Shown: positions 1-11,000, numbered from the stretch's first letter. The stretch is 40,287 nt of DNA from a bacterium UBP13_UBA5359 (GCA_002410925.1 DHPR01000008.1:1-40287); one strand, 5' to 3'. The notes: generated from the sequence alone by a model not told the origin. A program made the numbers and translations.

Positions 1-406
1 ATCCATACTCAGCCCTTCAAGAGAATACTGCATGGTAACGCGGTCTCACAGAGCCGCTGTAGCCGGTCTTCTCAACTTCTGGCGAATAGCCGGGTGTCCG
101 ATGAAGATAAGGATCAGGTAATCCATACTATCTTGACAGAAGGTGTGCAGTTCTTCCAGAGCTTTGTCTTCCAGCAGATGCGCTTCATCTCCGTCCAACA
201 TGGCGCTGATGCTCTTAAGGCTGCGGGAATGCAACTCCTTGACCGCTTCACGGTAAAGTTGCACCCAGCGGCGCAGACTTCTCTCACTGACTTTGATGTA
301 GCCTTGCGGGAAAACGTGCAGCTTCCCCTTTGGTCAGTTGACGGGAGATAAGCAGAGCGATGACCCCGTAGCGACACAGAGCCAATTTTTCATCCTCTTC
401 ATTCAC
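1..406 (-). pseudogene. Degenerate DDE transposase N-terminus fused by internal deletion to the C-terminal part of an ExeA-like AAA ATPase (runs off the window edge)
   Basis: From GTG at 406 the frame reads VNEEDEKLALCRYGVIALL (transposase-like N-terminus). After a frameshift it reads KVSERSLRRWVQLYRE (HTH), joined directly to the Walker B-like DEAHLL...LILIFIGHPAIRQKLRRP. An in-frame TGA lies at 46-48, after which the ExeA-like sequence continues (DRVTMQYSLEGLS). Confidence 0.7.
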
Positions 407-659
407 TTCAAACACCTGCCTTCAAGTAAAGTACACCCAGGTTCCCTGAGTACCCAACCTTCAGAATACCCTTCAAGGCCCAAAGAGGCGATGTAAAAAC
501 TCTGTGACAAGCTCCGGCGTGCTGTGCCGGGAGGTCACACAGCCTTTGGAGGACCCCAGGATGTGAAAAAAGGAGGCTGAAAACGCCCTCAAGGTAAGGC
601 CACATTGAAAATGTTCACTTTTGACCGCTGGATGGGCACACTTACCGAGCGGAAAGCCG

Positions 660-1316
660 TTAAAACAAGTGCGCCAGCGTTTCTGAAGGTCCGGTATCCA
701 AGCCTGCCAGATTGCGGAAGTAACACAGTTCGTAAAGCCGGCCGTAGACCTGCCTGTCGCGAAGGTAAATGGTATCCGGGGCTTCGTCACCATGCAGATG
801 CTCTAAAGATATTCCCAGCAGATGCTCTCCGGCCGACCTCAGCCCCTTCAAAGCCATCTTCACCCAATTGCCTACAGTGCGGGGATCGAAAGCATATATC
901 TTTTCGCTGTAAGGGGAGACCTCCTGCAGGGACACCATGCCCGGCATCCGCTGTAATACCTTCGTCATGCTCAGAACCTCATAAAGGTAAAGGCGGACAG
1001 CCTCGACCATGGTCATCCTGAGATAATGCCTGTAAGGCACCAAAAAACCCGGCAGAACAGTGATGTTGAGATTACATCTTTTACAGCGGTAACGGTAGAT
1101 CGGCAGCATCACACTCAGTCCCAGAACGGCAAGCACTATCTTGCGCAGATAGCTACCGTTATGCGCCAGGAGCCTATGGCGCAAAGGACAGTGCCTCGGG
1201 CGGTTACGGAAACTTTCCGAATCTTCCCTGTAGCTCTTGAAATCTGTTTTCTTATCCAGTAGAATCAAGCCATACCTCGTGCATGTGAGGTGCGTCTGGC
1301 TAGGACATTTCCTCAT
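660..1316 (-). CDS. DUF6431-like Zn-ribbon protein, first gene of a DUF6431-transposase-ExeA element
   Basis: HCPxRH...HNGSYxR...IYRYRCKRC...TVLPGFLVPYRHY pattern; lies upstream of the transposase/ExeA remnant on the same strand. Confidence 0.65.
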   Translation of the reverse strand: MRKCPSQTHLTCTRYGLILLDKKTDFKSYREDSESFRNRPRHCPLRHRLLAHNGSYLRKIVLAVLGLSVMLPIYRYRCKRCNLNITVLPGFLVPYRHYLRMTMVEAVRLYLYEVLSMTKVLQRMPGMVSLQEVSPYSEKIYAFDPRTVGNWVKMALKGLRSAGEHLLGISLEHLHGDEAPDTIYLRDRQVYGRLYELCYFRNLAGLDTGPSETLAHLF

Positions 1317-1425
1317 TGTACACGAGAAAAGCCCCCGGGTTAACCCCCAGAGGCTTATTCATTCAACTCGTTTTCGTATCTCCGGCCTAAAAGACAATGG
1401 TCATTTATTCTGATCTAAACCTGCC

Positions 1426-1629
1426 CTATACCGGCCATCTTCCGCGTGCCGAAACACCATAGTCGGTGAAGAGCTTCTCCCCTGCTTTGTGCTCCTGGCG
1501 CATGACAACGTCCAGTTTCTTCTTTTGCCGGCCGTAATGGTAGCAGAACTGGGAATACTGGTAACCATCGGGGTTATTGGCCTTGTATTCCTGCCATAGA
1601 AGAGCTAGGGTAACGCCTTTGCGACGCAT
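1426..1629 (-). pseudogene. istA: IS21-family transposase IstA internal fragment
   Basis: RRKGVTLALLWQEY...PDGYQYSQFC...MRQEHKAGEKLFTDY is typical IstA sequence; only about 60 aa of a roughly 500-aa protein. Confidence 0.8.
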
Positions 1630-1644
1630 TTCCCCTTAAGCGGA

Positions 1645-2247
1645 ATGTGTATAAAGATTGATGGCAATCCAGTTATTGCCATCAATTCTTATATGTCGAT
1701 TGGTAGACAGCGTTTTTCAATGGCTCACGAATTATATCACTTGTATTTTGATGAGAGTGGCCAATCGGCGGTATGTGCTATAAGTATTGGGAGTGGCAAT
1801 GAAGTTGAAAAGGCGGCTGACCAGTTTGCTTCCTATTTTCTTATGCCACCGGTTGCTTTATCTGATGCAATAACAAAAATACATAGCAGCGATTCAACCG
1901 TTTTAGGAATAAAGGAAATTGTTAAACTGGAACAATTTTTTAGGGTAAGCAGACAAGCGCTTCTTTACAGATTAATTGATGATCACAAATTAACCCCGCA
2001 AGAAGCTGATCGGTTTAGGCAAGGAGTTATTCGTTCTGCTGTAAATTTGGGTTATGATGATTCTCTTTATAAACCGCTTCCGGAGAATCAGCAATATAAA
2101 ACATACGGATATTATATTCAACAAGCTAAAGAACTTCTTGAAAAAGATCTTGTTTCAACTGGTAAATATGAGCAATTATTATTGGCAGCTTTCAGACCGG
2201 ATCTTGTTTACGGAGATGAATTTGAGGAGGGCGAATTAAATGATTGA
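1645..2247 (+). CDS. ImmA/IrrE-family metallopeptidase, probably 5'-truncated
   Basis: GRQRFSMAHELYH (HExxH) and EKAADQFASYFLMP motifs. AT-rich relative to its flanks and abutting the istA fragment. Confidence 0.75.
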   Translation: MCIKIDGNPVIAINSYMSIGRQRFSMAHELYHLYFDESGQSAVCAISIGSGNEVEKAADQFASYFLMPPVALSDAITKIHSSDSTVLGIKEIVKLEQFFRVSRQALLYRLIDDHKLTPQEADRFRQGVIRSAVNLGYDDSLYKPLPENQQYKTYGYYIQQAKELLEKDLVSTGKYEQLLLAAFRPDLVYGDEFEEGELND

Positions 2248-2373
2248 TTCGCTTTTCTTTGATAGCGATTGTATTTCGGTATTCTTATGGGTCAAAAAAC
2301 AGAATTTATTAACTTTGCTTTACCCTGGAAAGATCATGATCCCAAAGCCAGCTTATATAGATGACTGGCTGGA
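2240..2373 (+). pseudogene. PIN-domain protein N-terminal fragment interrupted by the IS21 end
   Basis: MIDSLFFDSDCISVFLWV...IMIPKPAY resembles a PIN N-terminus (D-S-D/DTS strand plus IP..V.xE). It overlaps the ImmA stop. The ORF-track continuation beyond ~2373 is IS sequence. Confidence 0.55.
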
Positions 2374-2860
2374 TGTTTTTTGCAAGCCCAAATTCCCCAG
2401 CTTTGCAAAAGCCATTCCCCAGGCACAGGGTAGGGAATTTTTAAGTTCGCATAAGCGAACTGCTAAGTCACCTGCTTGCCCCATCAAAGATCAGCAGATG
2501 GCTGTGATGCACCAGCCTGTCAATCAGGGCGGCGGTCATCTGGGCATCATAGAAGATGTTGACCCATTTGCTGAACTCCAGGTTGGTGATAATGATGACG
2601 CTATGTCTTTCATAGCAGTATGAGATTACCTCAAACAGCAGTTGGGAACCGTCTCTCTCCAATGGAATATAGCTCCACTCATCGCAGATAAGCAGATCAA
2701 GCTTATGCAATTGTTTCAGAAACCGAGCAAGATCATCTTCTTTACGCGCATTGCTAAGTTGGTTCACCAGGGCCGCTGTACGGAAGAAGCGCATATGCAT
2801 CCCCATATTGCAGGCGGCTGCTCCGATGGCGGTGGCCAGGCTATGGGTTTTGCTATCCGG
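2374..2860 (-). mobile_element. IS21-family element right-end remnant (terminal repeats plus istB 3' part)
   Basis: Terminus TGTTTTTTGCAAGCCCAAATTCCCCAG at 2374, with tandem subterminal repeats TTGCAAgcccaaATTCCCCAG (2380-2400) and TTGCAAaagccATTCCCCAG (2403-2422), adjacent to the istB C-terminus. Confidence 0.7.
2441..2860 (-). pseudogene. istB: IS21 helper ATPase IstB C-terminal fragment
   Basis: LATAIG..AC...RFFRTAALVNQL, DLLICDEWSYIP, IITNLEFSKW, ALIDRLVHH. Walker A is degenerate or missing, and a premature TGA at 2468-2470 precedes the residual LSSSLMRT. Confidence 0.8.
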
Positions 2861-2874
2861 ATGTGCCGGAATAT

Positions 2875-3549
2875 TCACAAGCCGCCTATTCCTAACAGCT
2901 CGAACTGATTTTTATGAAAAGTCAAAGCGCCACTCTTCTTAAGCTTTGAAAGCTCCGCCGACATAGCGCTGCGCTCGACGAAAAGATAATCTGCAAGCTG
3001 CTGGCGGTTGAAAGGGATGCTGAAACGGTTGCTTCCTGCTCTCTTTGCTTCGGCTGAAAGGTAGGCAAGGAGCTTTTCGCGGGTGGTACGCTTTGAGATA
3101 AATTCAACTTTTTGAGTCAGCAATATATTCTTTATGGATACAATATTCAGCATATTTTGAATGAGCCTGCAATGAAAGCCGCATGCCCTGGCACACGGAA
3201 CGGCAAGCCTGTGGTAATCAATGAAAAGAAGCTCGCTTTCAGTTGTTGCGATCACACTGACCGGAAGCGTTTTTATTTCAGCACAGGCAAAGGATTCTCC
3301 AAATAAATTTCCTGTGTCCATTCTGGCAAGGATACTTCTGTTTCCGTAATAGTCATCCTGAACAATCTGAACCTCTCCTGATAAAACGATGCCGAAGCGT
3401 TCTATGCTTTCACCGTTGAAAAAGATAGTCTGCCCCTTTTCGTAGTGAGACTCTTTAGCCGATAGGCATGATAGAAGTGATTGCAGCTCGGCCTCTTCAA
3501 TGCCTCTGAATAAATTTACTCTTTTCAATACAGGCAAATATTTGTTCAT
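2875..3549 (-). CDS. Crp/Fnr-family transcriptional regulator (HcpR-like)
   Basis: cNMP-binding-like N-domain (FGESF) and C-terminal HTH (RQQLADYLFVERSAMSAELSKL); divergent from the hcp cluster. Confidence 0.9.
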   Translation of the reverse strand: MNKYLPVLKRVNLFRGIEEAELQSLLSCLSAKESHYEKGQTIFFNGESIERFGIVLSGEVQIVQDDYYGNRSILARMDTGNLFGESFACAEIKTLPVSVIATTESELLFIDYHRLAVPCARACGFHCRLIQNMLNIVSIKNILLTQKVEFISKRTTREKLLAYLSAEAKRAGSNRFSIPFNRQQLADYLFVERSAMSAELSKLKKSGALTFHKNQFELLGIGGL

Positions 3550-3561
3550 AAAAGCCCCTTT

Positions 3562-3604
3562 TGTTGGAATTACAACAGATTTATTGATTTAAGGATAGTA
3601 TGCT
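3562..3604 (+). promoter_or_regulatory. Putative Crp/Fnr (HcpR) box and class II promoter of the hcp operon
   Basis: Palindrome TGTTG-N6-CAACA (3562-3577). TATGCT at 3599-3604 fits a -10 box if the site is centred at -41.5. Confidence 0.55.
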
Positions 3605-3660
3605 TAAGACATAAAGTCAACAATATGTAAAAGATATTTCAAGAAGGGGGTAAATGGAGG

Positions 3661-4365
3661 ATGCTTCGGAAAATAATCAAAATTGACGAAGAGAAATGCA
3701 ACGGTTGTGGCTTGTGTGCAGCAGCCTGTCATGAAGGCGCGATCGGAATGGAAAAGGGTAAGGCGAAGCTTCTGCGCGACGATTACTGCGACGGTCTCGG
3801 CGATTGTCTGCCGGTCTGTCCGGCGGGAGCCATCGGTTTTGAGGTGCGTGAAGCGGCGGAGTACGATGAAGCCGCCGTTAAGAGGAATAAGCTGAAGAGA
3901 GAGGGAGAGGCGCTGCCCTGCGGTTGCCCCGGCACAGAGTCCAAGTTCATCCGGCGGGAAAGAGAATGTGAAGCCTTCGACGCTGATACTAATGAAAATA
4001 GAAGCCGGCTCTCTCAGTGGCCTGTTCAGATCAAACTTGTGCCGGCCAACGCACCGTATTTTACTGATGCAAATCTTCTGATTGCCGCTGATTGTACTGC
4101 CTATGCTCGCGGCGATTTCCATGATAGATTCATCAGGAACCGAGTAACCTTAATAGGCTGCCCCAAGCTTGACGAAGGGGATTACAGCGATAAGCTGGCA
4201 GAAATTATTAAAAACAACAGCATTAAAAGCGTCACAATCGTGCGGATGGATGTTCGGTGCTGCGGAGGAATGGAGAATGCAGTAAAGAAGGCTCTTCAAA
4301 AGAGCGGAAAGTTTATTCCCTGGCAGGTAGTGACCGTTTCAGCCGATGGCAGGATTATTTATTGA
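3661..4365 (+). CDS. 4Fe-4S dicluster protein (Hcp-associated ferredoxin-like protein)
   Basis: CNGCGLCAAAC and CDGLGDCLPVCP motifs, plus CGCPG, QWPVQ, AADC, GCPKLD and CCGG. Confidence 0.85.
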   Translation: MLRKIIKIDEEKCNGCGLCAAACHEGAIGMEKGKAKLLRDDYCDGLGDCLPVCPAGAIGFEVREAAEYDEAAVKRNKLKREGEALPCGCPGTESKFIRRERECEAFDADTNENRSRLSQWPVQIKLVPANAPYFTDANLLIAADCTAYARGDFHDRFIRNRVTLIGCPKLDEGDYSDKLAEIIKNNSIKSVTIVRMDVRCCGGMENAVKKALQKSGKFIPWQVVTVSADGRIIY

Positions 4366-4381
4366 CAGGAGGTGATTAACA

Positions 4382-4702
4382 ATGATAGAAAGGGAATATA
4401 AGCTGTCTCGAACCGATGAAAAAACGATAGAAAAAGTCATACTTGATGAAAACATTCATTATCTCCATATGGTGCTTAACAAGAGTGAGGGACCGCCGGA
4501 GCACTTTTCCAATTCGAACGTGTATATGACCGTTATCAGAGGAAGGCTCTCCATCGGTCTTGATAAACAGGAAATTCACGAGTATGAGGCTGGAACGCTG
4601 CTGAAAATTCCATTTCAGAGAAAGATGAATATTAAAAATCTGCATTCGGACGTATTGGAGCTGATTATCATAAAAGCTCCCGCCCCTAAGAACCGGCTGT
4701 GA
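4382..4702 (+). CDS. Cupin-domain protein
   Basis: HMVL...PEHFSNSNVYMTVIRG...H cupin pattern; RBS GGAGG. Confidence 0.75.
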   Translation: MIEREYKLSRTDEKTIEKVILDENIHYLHMVLNKSEGPPEHFSNSNVYMTVIRGRLSIGLDKQEIHEYEAGTLLKIPFQRKMNIKNLHSDVLELIIIKAPAPKNRL

Positions 4703-4782
4703 TATTCGTTTTACCCTCATTATCGATATTTAAATATTGAGAATGAGGATAGATTATAATGAGGAAAGGAAGAGTGATAAAG

Positions 4783-4947
4783 ATGCAAAGATACATATGT
4801 ATACCCTGCGGCTATATATATGATCCTTCTGTCGGCGATGGCGACAGCGGTATTGCGCCGGGCACGACATTTGAAGATTTGCCCGATGATTGGCAATGTC
4901 CCATATGCTTTGTCGGCAAGGATGATTTTGAACCTATTGCAGATTAG
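4783..4947 (+). CDS. Rubredoxin
   Basis: [12 protein letters not shown]...[16 protein letters not shown]. Confidence 0.95.
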   Translation: MQRYICIPCGYIYDPSVGDGDSGIAPGTTFEDLPDDWQCPICFVGKDDFEPIAD

Positions 4948-4965
4948 AACGTGAGGAGGAAAACA

Positions 4966-6597
4966 ATGGGTATGTTTTGTTATCAATGTCAGGAAACAGC
5001 AGGAGGAAAGGGCTGCACGGTACGCGGCGTATGCGGAAAAACCGCAGAGACCGCACGGTTACAGGATCTTTTGATTTACACGCTTAAAGGCATTTCGGAG
5101 ATTGTAACCAAGAGAAAAATTGATATTAACGACTTGGGTGATATAAATTATGAAGTGCTCAGCAGCCTCTTTATGACAATTACCAACGCAAACTTTGACG
5201 ACATATCGATTGAAAAGCAGCTCATGAAAATGATTGCTATCAGAGACGAACTCGGAAAATCTCTTGCTGTGGATGATTTACACGATGCGGCAAGCTTCAC
5301 TGTAAATTCCAGGCAGTCCATGTTGGAAAAGGCTTCTTCCATCGGTGTGCTGTCAACCGTAAACGAGGATGTAAGATCCCTTCGTGAGATGATTACATAT
5401 GGCCTCAAGGGTATGGCGGCTTATGCGGAACATGCAAAGAACATCGGCAAAGAAAACCTTGATATCAACGCCTTTATTTATGAGGCGCTGGCAGCAACGC
5501 TGGATGATTCTCTTTCTGAGGATGAGCTTATGGCTTTGGCGTTGAAAACCGGCGAATACGGCGTAAAGGCTATGGCGCTTCTGGATGAGGCCAACACATC
5601 GAGATTCGGCAATCCCGAAATCACGGAGGTCGATATCGGTGTCGGAAGGAATCCTGCAATTCTTATCTCCGGTCATGATCTGACTGACCTGGAACAACTG
5701 CTGGAGCAGACCAGGGGTACCGGTGTAGATGTCTATACTCACAGCGAGATGCTGCCTGCCCATTATTATCCTGCTTTCAAGAAGTATGATAACTTTGTGG
5801 GCAACTACGGTAATGCGTGGTGGAAGCAATCCGATGAATTTGAATCCTTCCATGGTCCGATCCTTTTCACTACCAACTGTATCGTTCCTTCCAAAAGCGA
5901 AGAGGTCAGAGGTAGAATTTTTACCACCGGCTCTGCCGGCTTCCCCGGATGCAGCCATATTACGGCTGATGAAAACGGCAAAAAGGATTTCTCTGAAATT
6001 ATCGCGCTTGCCGGAACTCTTCCCGCTCCCGATGAAATTGAAACCGGCAGCATCGTGGGCGGCTTTGCTCACAATCAGGTGATGGCTCTGGCGGACAGAA
6101 TTATAGAAGCCGTCAAATCCGGAGCGATCAAAAAGTTCTTTGTCATGGCAGGTTGCGACGGGCGTATGAAGTCCAGGGGATATTACTCTGAGTTTGCAGA
6201 AAAGCTCCCAAAGGATACTCTTATTCTCACTGCGGGCTGTGCGAAATACCGTTACAATAAGCTGAAGCTCGGTGATATCGGTGGCATCCCGAGAGTTCTG
6301 GATGCCGGGCAGTGTAATGACTCCTACTCGCTGGCGGTCGTTGCGCTGAAGCTTAAGGAGGCCTTCGGCCTTGACGATATCAACAAGCTGCCGATTGTTT
6401 TTAATATTGCCTGGTATGAGCAGAAGGCCGTAATTGTGCTTCTTACGCTGCTTTATTTGGGTGTGAAGAAGATTCACCTTGGACCTACGTTGCCGGGCTT
6501 CCTCTCTTTGAATGTAGCTAAGGTTCTCGTCGATAAATTCGGCATTGCGGGCATCGGCTCCGTTGATGCGGATATTGACCTTTTTATGGCTCAATAG
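4966..6597 (+). CDS. hcp: Hybrid cluster protein (hydroxylamine/NO reductase), class I
   Basis: MFCYQCQET...[10 protein letters not shown] (CX2CX8CX5C), [41 protein letters not shown]. Confidence 0.97.
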   Translation: MGMFCYQCQETAGGKGCTVRGVCGKTAETARLQDLLIYTLKGISEIVTKRKIDINDLGDINYEVLSSLFMTITNANFDDISIEKQLMKMIAIRDELGKSLAVDDLHDAASFTVNSRQSMLEKASSIGVLSTVNEDVRSLREMITYGLKGMAAYAEHAKNIGKENLDINAFIYEALAATLDDSLSEDELMALALKTGEYGVKAMALLDEANTSRFGNPEITEVDIGVGRNPAILISGHDLTDLEQLLEQTRGTGVDVYTHSEMLPAHYYPAFKKYDNFVGNYGNAWWKQSDEFESFHGPILFTTNCIVPSKSEEVRGRIFTTGSAGFPGCSHITADENGKKDFSEIIALAGTLPAPDEIETGSIVGGFAHNQVMALADRIIEAVKSGAIKKFFVMAGCDGRMKSRGYYSEFAEKLPKDTLILTAGCAKYRYNKLKLGDIGGIPRVLDAGQCNDSYSLAVVALKLKEAFGLDDINKLPIVFNIAWYEQKAVIVLLTLLYLGVKKIHLGPTLPGFLSLNVAKVLVDKFGIAGIGSVDADIDLFMAQ

Positions 6598-6600
6598 GTA

Positions 6601-6650
6601 AAGAAAGTCACGCCGGTATGAAAGAGTCATAACGGCGTGACTTTCTTTCA
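6601..6650. terminator. Intrinsic terminator after hcp
   Basis: Inverted repeat AAGAAAGTCACGCCG / CGGCGTGACTTTCTT. Confidence 0.75.
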
Positions 6651-6838
6651 TAACAATTGCTCTTCCTATCCCTTCCAATATAAACTTCCGCCGTCCGGCT
6701 TTGGCGCCGGGTATCTCCTCTTGGTTGGCGAGAGAGAAAGGTGCTTCGGCTAAGCAGCTGGCTTTGTCGCAGGCTTGACCAACAATCGTTAACTGTTTTA
6801 ATATATTAAAAAGATGAAGAAGCTTGGAGAAGGCAAAA

Positions 6839-8068
6839 ATGAAAGTTCTTCACACCTCTGATTGGCATATCGGGCGGACCCTGTACGGCCGAAAGCGTTA
6901 TGAGGAATTCGAGGCCTTTCTGAATTGGCTGGCAGAGACTATTCAGCAGGAACAGGTTGATGCTCTCTTGGTTGCCGGCGATATTTTCGATACCAGCACC
7001 CCAAGTAATCGGGCGCAGGAGCTTTATTACCAATTTTTAGGCTGTGTGGCAGCTTCTTCCTGCCGGCATGTAGTTCTGATTGCAGGAAATCACGATTCCC
7101 CTTCATTCCTGAATGCGCCCAGGGAGCTGCTCAAAGCGCTTCATGTTCATGTGATAGGCTCCATTCCTGAAAAGCGGGAAGATGAAGTTCTTCTTCTCAG
7201 AAGAGCAGATGGTTCTCCGGAGTTGATCGTTTGCGCCGTTCCATATCTGCGGGATCGGGATATACGGTCGGCTGAAGCAGGTGAGAGCGTTGAGGAGAAG
7301 GAGCGGAAGCTGGTAGAGGGTATTCGCCATCACTATGCAGAGGTGATTGCTCGGGCTGAGCAGAAACGTGCGGAGCTGGGCGCAGAGCTGCCCATTATAT
7401 CCATGGGGCATCTTTTTACCGCCGGAGGACAAACGGTAGATGGCGACGGCGTCCGGGAGCTGTATGTAGGCTCGCTGGCTCACCTTTCATCCGGGATATT
7501 TCCGGACAACCTGGATTATCTGGCTCTTGGTCATCTTCACATTCCACAGAGAGTAAATGCTTCTGAAACGATGCGTTATAGCGGCTCTCCTCTGCCTATG
7601 GGGTTTGGCGAGGCTAAAGATAAAAAAAGCCTTTGTCTGGTGGAGTTTAACGGTATTAAGCCCGTCGTCCGACTTATCCAGGTGCCTGTTTTTCAAAGGC
7701 TCGAGCGTATCAAGGGGAGTTGGAAAGAGCTCTCAGCCAGGCTGCTGGAGCTATCATCTGCCGGGTCTCGGGCCTGGCTTGAAATTATTTATGAAGATGA
7801 TGAAGTCATCGGCGATTTGCGCGAGCGCATCGATGCAACCCTTTCAGGATCGGAGATGGAGGTTCTGCGTGTAAAGAATAACCGGATCATTGACCGGGTT
7901 CTTAATCAAGCTCATGATAATGAGGTGCTGAATGAATTGAATGTAAATGATGTGTTCGAGCGTTGTCTGGCGCTTCATGAAGTGCCGAAAGAGCAATGGC
8001 CGGAATTGCTGCGTACCTATCAGGAGACCGTTATATCTCTATATGAAGATGACGCCGAGGCGGAGTAG
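6839..8068 (+). CDS. sbcD: Exonuclease SbcCD subunit D
   Basis: Metallophosphoesterase motifs HTSDWHIG, GDIFD, GNHDS, GHL and ALGHLH, plus YSGSP. Confidence 0.95.
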   Translation: MKVLHTSDWHIGRTLYGRKRYEEFEAFLNWLAETIQQEQVDALLVAGDIFDTSTPSNRAQELYYQFLGCVAASSCRHVVLIAGNHDSPSFLNAPRELLKALHVHVIGSIPEKREDEVLLLRRADGSPELIVCAVPYLRDRDIRSAEAGESVEEKERKLVEGIRHHYAEVIARAEQKRAELGAELPIISMGHLFTAGGQTVDGDGVRELYVGSLAHLSSGIFPDNLDYLALGHLHIPQRVNASETMRYSGSPLPMGFGEAKDKKSLCLVEFNGIKPVVRLIQVPVFQRLERIKGSWKELSARLLELSSAGSRAWLEIIYEDDEVIGDLRERIDATLSGSEMEVLRVKNNRIIDRVLNQAHDNEVLNELNVNDVFERCLALHEVPKEQWPELLRTYQETVISLYEDDAEAE

Positions 8069-8079
8069 AGAGGCTGTCG

Positions 8080-11000
8080 ATGCGGATACTACAGGTAAGA
8101 TTCAAAAATCTTAATTCATTGGCCGGCGAATGGGAAATTGACTTTATGCATCCCTCCTTCACTGCCGACGGAATTTTTGCCATTACCGGCCCTACCGGCG
8201 CCGGCAAGAGCACCATTCTCGATGCTCTCTGCCTGGCTCTCTACGGCCGCACGCCTCGTCTCCATAAAGTTACCAAAAGCGGCAATGAAATCATGTCTCG
8301 ACAAACCGGAGAGTGCTATGCCGAAGTAATATTTGAAACTCAGACCGGCCGTTATCGCTGCCATTGGAGTCAACGCCGGGCGCATAAGAAGCCTGATGGA
8401 GAGTTGCAGTCTCCAAAGCATGAAATGGCCGATGATGCTTCCGGGCGAATTTTTGAGGCTAAAATTCGGGGCGTGGCCGAGCAGATTGAAGCGGTTACCG
8501 GTATGGATTTTGATCAATTTACCCGCTCTATGCTTCTTGCTCAGGGGGGCTTTGCTGCCTTTCTGCAGGCGGCTCCTGATGAACGGGCACCGATCCTGGA
8601 GCAAATAACCGGAACGGAGATTTACAGCAAGATCTCCGTTCGCGTTCATGAACGTCGTTTCGATGAGCGTAAAAAGCTCGATATGCTGCAGGCGGAGCTG
8701 GCCGGTATGCAGCTTCTGGGCGAGGATGAAGAGCTGCAGCTCAATACTGGCCTGGAGCAAAAGATCCGACAGGATGAAGAGCTGAATGAGCAGATCTCCA
8801 TGAAGAACCGGGCGATTGCCTGGCTTGGCGGCATAATCCGGCTTGAAGCGGAGATAAGGGAGCTCCAATTGCAAAAGCAAGCTTGGCAGTCTCGCCAAGA
8901 TGCCTTTGCTCCTGAACAGGGAAGGCTTGGACGAGCTATTCAGGCTCTGGAACTGGCGGGTGAATATGCCGGGCTGATATCTATCCGGCAAGAGCAAGAG
9001 AACGATCGGCACGATCATAAGGAGTGCCTGGAAATATTTTCCGGTTGCGAGAGGGATGTAAAGCAGGCCAAAGAGGCTATGAAAGAGGTTTCCGGGCGAC
9101 TCGGCGCCGTAAAGGCAAAGCAGAAAGAGGCATTGCCTGTAATTCGCAAAGTGTTGGAACTCGATTTGAAAATCCGTGCAAAGGAGGACCCTGTCAAGGC
9201 TGCCGAAGAGGCTATAGCGGAGCAGCAAAGCTCTCTTGACAGGCTTCGTTCCGGGCAGAATAAAGATTGCGCTGATTTGGAAGATAAGCAAAAAGATTTT
9301 GCAGAGTTGCTGAAGAAACTTGGCGAAACAAAGGCGGATGAAGGCCTGGTTGAGTATCTGGCAGGGATCGGTGAAAAAGCAGATGCCTTGAAAAATCTTC
9401 ACAGGCAGCATAACGACACAATAGAAGAGATCAATAAGGCGGAGGGCCAGGCGGCCAGGGCCAAGCAGCTGTGGAAAGAAGAAGCCGGCAATCTGGAAAA
9501 AGAAGAGCGTGCTCTTCTTTCAAGGCGGAAGGAGCTGGCACAAAAGCAGGAGGAGCTCAGGCATATTCTGCAAGATAGAGAGCTGTCAAGCTGGCATGAT
9601 AGCGTATCATCTCTGGCGGCACAGAACGTTCTTATCGATAAAGGCAATGAGGCGGCGCAGATTCTTGTAAAATCAAGAGAGGCCATTGATAAGCTTACGA
9701 AAGACCGAGAGGCTCTCAATAATAAAAAGTCGTTTATCGAGGAGCAGCACCGGGCGCTCGCCGAAAAAAAGGGCTTGCAGGCGAGGGAGCTAAGTCTGCT
9801 GGAAAGAGAGCTCTTCTTGCTTAAGAAAATTGAGGATTTCAAAGAGGCTCGGCGGCAACTGCAGGATGGCAGGTATTGTCCTCTATGCGGCTCCAGGGAG
9901 CATCCCTTTGCCGAAGGTAATATTCCTGTTCCTGATGAGATGGAGCAGCAGCTTGGCACGGCAAGGGCGGACTTGGAAAGAACGAATGAGGCAATTGCTG
10001 AATTAATGGTCACGCAGGCTGAGGTGAATAAGGATATCGAGCAAGCTTTGGCCGGCCAAAGGGAATGCTCTGAGAAAGCCTTTGAAGCAGAGCTTTTGAT
10101 TGCTCGGATCTGCTCAGAGCTCTTTCTCGATGCAGCTGCTATCGATCCCGGTGAGAAATTGAAGCAGCTTCGGATTGAGAATGAGAAGGAACTGAAACAT
10201 GCCGTCGGGATTGTGCAAGGCGTTGAAGGCATGGAGAAGAAAATAAATGAATTGCGTGAAGCTCTGGATAAGGCTAAAGAAGAGGTTACCAAGGCGGAAC
10301 ATAAGACTCAGACAGCCTTGCACGGGATGGATTCTGTCGCGCAGCTGCTGGAGCGGCTGAGAAAGGAAGCAAAGAGACTCCTTTCCCAGCAAGAGGAATC
10401 CGTGAATATATTGCAGCGGGATATTTCGGGTTACGGAGTGCAGATAACATCGCTGGATAGCCTGGACTATATTCAGGAGCAGCTGACAGCCAGGCGTGAT
10501 CAATGGGTATTGCGCCGGCAGCAAAAAATGGAGCTTGAGCAGAAGATCGGTGCTCTGGATATGCGGACACGTCATCAGGCAGAGCTGATGCGGGGGAGCG
10601 AGGCTGAAATAAGGAAGCAACGGGAACTGCTGGATACTATGCTTCGTGAACAGGAGAGCTTGCGCAGGGAGAGATATGAGGTATTCGGCGATAGGAACCC
10701 TGAAGCGGAGGAAGAACGCCTTGCCAAAGCTGTTGAGGCTGCAGAGAAGGAATTGGAGACGGCTCGTCAGGAAGTTGAAGCAAGAACCCGGACATTCAGC
10801 GAGCTGAAATCCAAAATTGAGGAGCTGGAAAAGTCTATAGACAAAAGGGATGCCAAATTGAAGCCGGCTGAAGAAGCCTTTCAAAAGCGGCTTGAGGGGC
10901 TGGGCTTTATAGATGAAGAAGACTTTGCAGCCGCATCTTTGCCGGAGGAGGAGCGCAACGCCCTGGCGCAGAAGGCTCGGGCACTTGCTGATGAGAAAAC

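Noticed and set aside
46-48. In-frame TGA as possible selenocysteine or recoding (also 2468-2470)
   Set aside because: Both fall in decayed mobile-element genes at positions that look like Arg (CGA->TGA), with other lesions nearby.
2374-2623. C-terminal part of the 127-aa ORF 2240..2623
   Set aside because: Read-through into the IS21 end and the antisense strand of istB, not a real protein domain.
5353-6678. 441-aa minus-strand ORF
   Set aside because: Antisense shadow of hcp with no recognisable motifs.
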